Positions 63,836-64,000 of a stretch of DNA of 64,000 nucleotides are shown here, in pieces. How positions within the stretch are numbered: position 1 is the stretch's first letter; every line of letters starts with the position of its first letter. Origin of the DNA: Felis catus (lineage: Eukaryota); assembly GCF_018350175.1 (NCBI RefSeq), contig NC_058368.1, forward strand, positions 14,014,001 to 14,078,000, in the 5' to 3' direction. The position numbers and the translations under genes are program-made. Under the pieces are notes generated by a model, which saw only the letters and a list, made by a program, of their open reading frames with translations, was not told where the DNA came from and searched no databases.

Positions 63836-64000
63836 AAAGTGTTTTGCCTTTTCCCCCCTAGGTTTTTAATTTTATGCTGAATGTAAGGATAGTTTAACAT
63901 CAGAATATCCTTTAATATAATCTCCTTATTAACACATTGAAGAATAGCTACGTAATTACGCAAATGGATACAAACAATTTTGGTAAAATTCAGTATCCAT

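Noticed and set aside
1..64000. Nested antisense gene MAB21L1
   Set aside because: It lies in a much later NBEA intron; there is no long GC-rich single-exon minus-strand ORF here

Overview
AT-rich mammalian genomic DNA from a felid, judged from SINEC_Fc-type tRNA SINEs and carnivore/felid L1s. The window is an internal + strand part of the neurobeachin gene (NBEA). Nine GT-AG coding exons (5713-53565) splice into one continuous 1097-nt frame, [10 protein letters not shown]...KHLGH, which I recognise as NBEA. Their sizes fit human exons ~9-17; that numbering is from memory. The rest is intron, rich in retroposons: a 5'-intact but decayed carnivore L1, a near full-length old L1MC with a nested MER21-like solo LTR, a twin-primed 5'-inverted L1, about 20 SINECs, MIR/L2/MER relics and microsatellites. 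I found no new multi-gene system. The best leads are two exon-like units in the repeat-poor part of the 22.6-kb intron: a frame-preserving 75-nt cassette, and a 106-nt unit that is either a poison exon or an in-frame alternative first exon. Several retrotransposition architectures are also noted. Repeat subfamily names come from recall of consensus sequences, not from a search.
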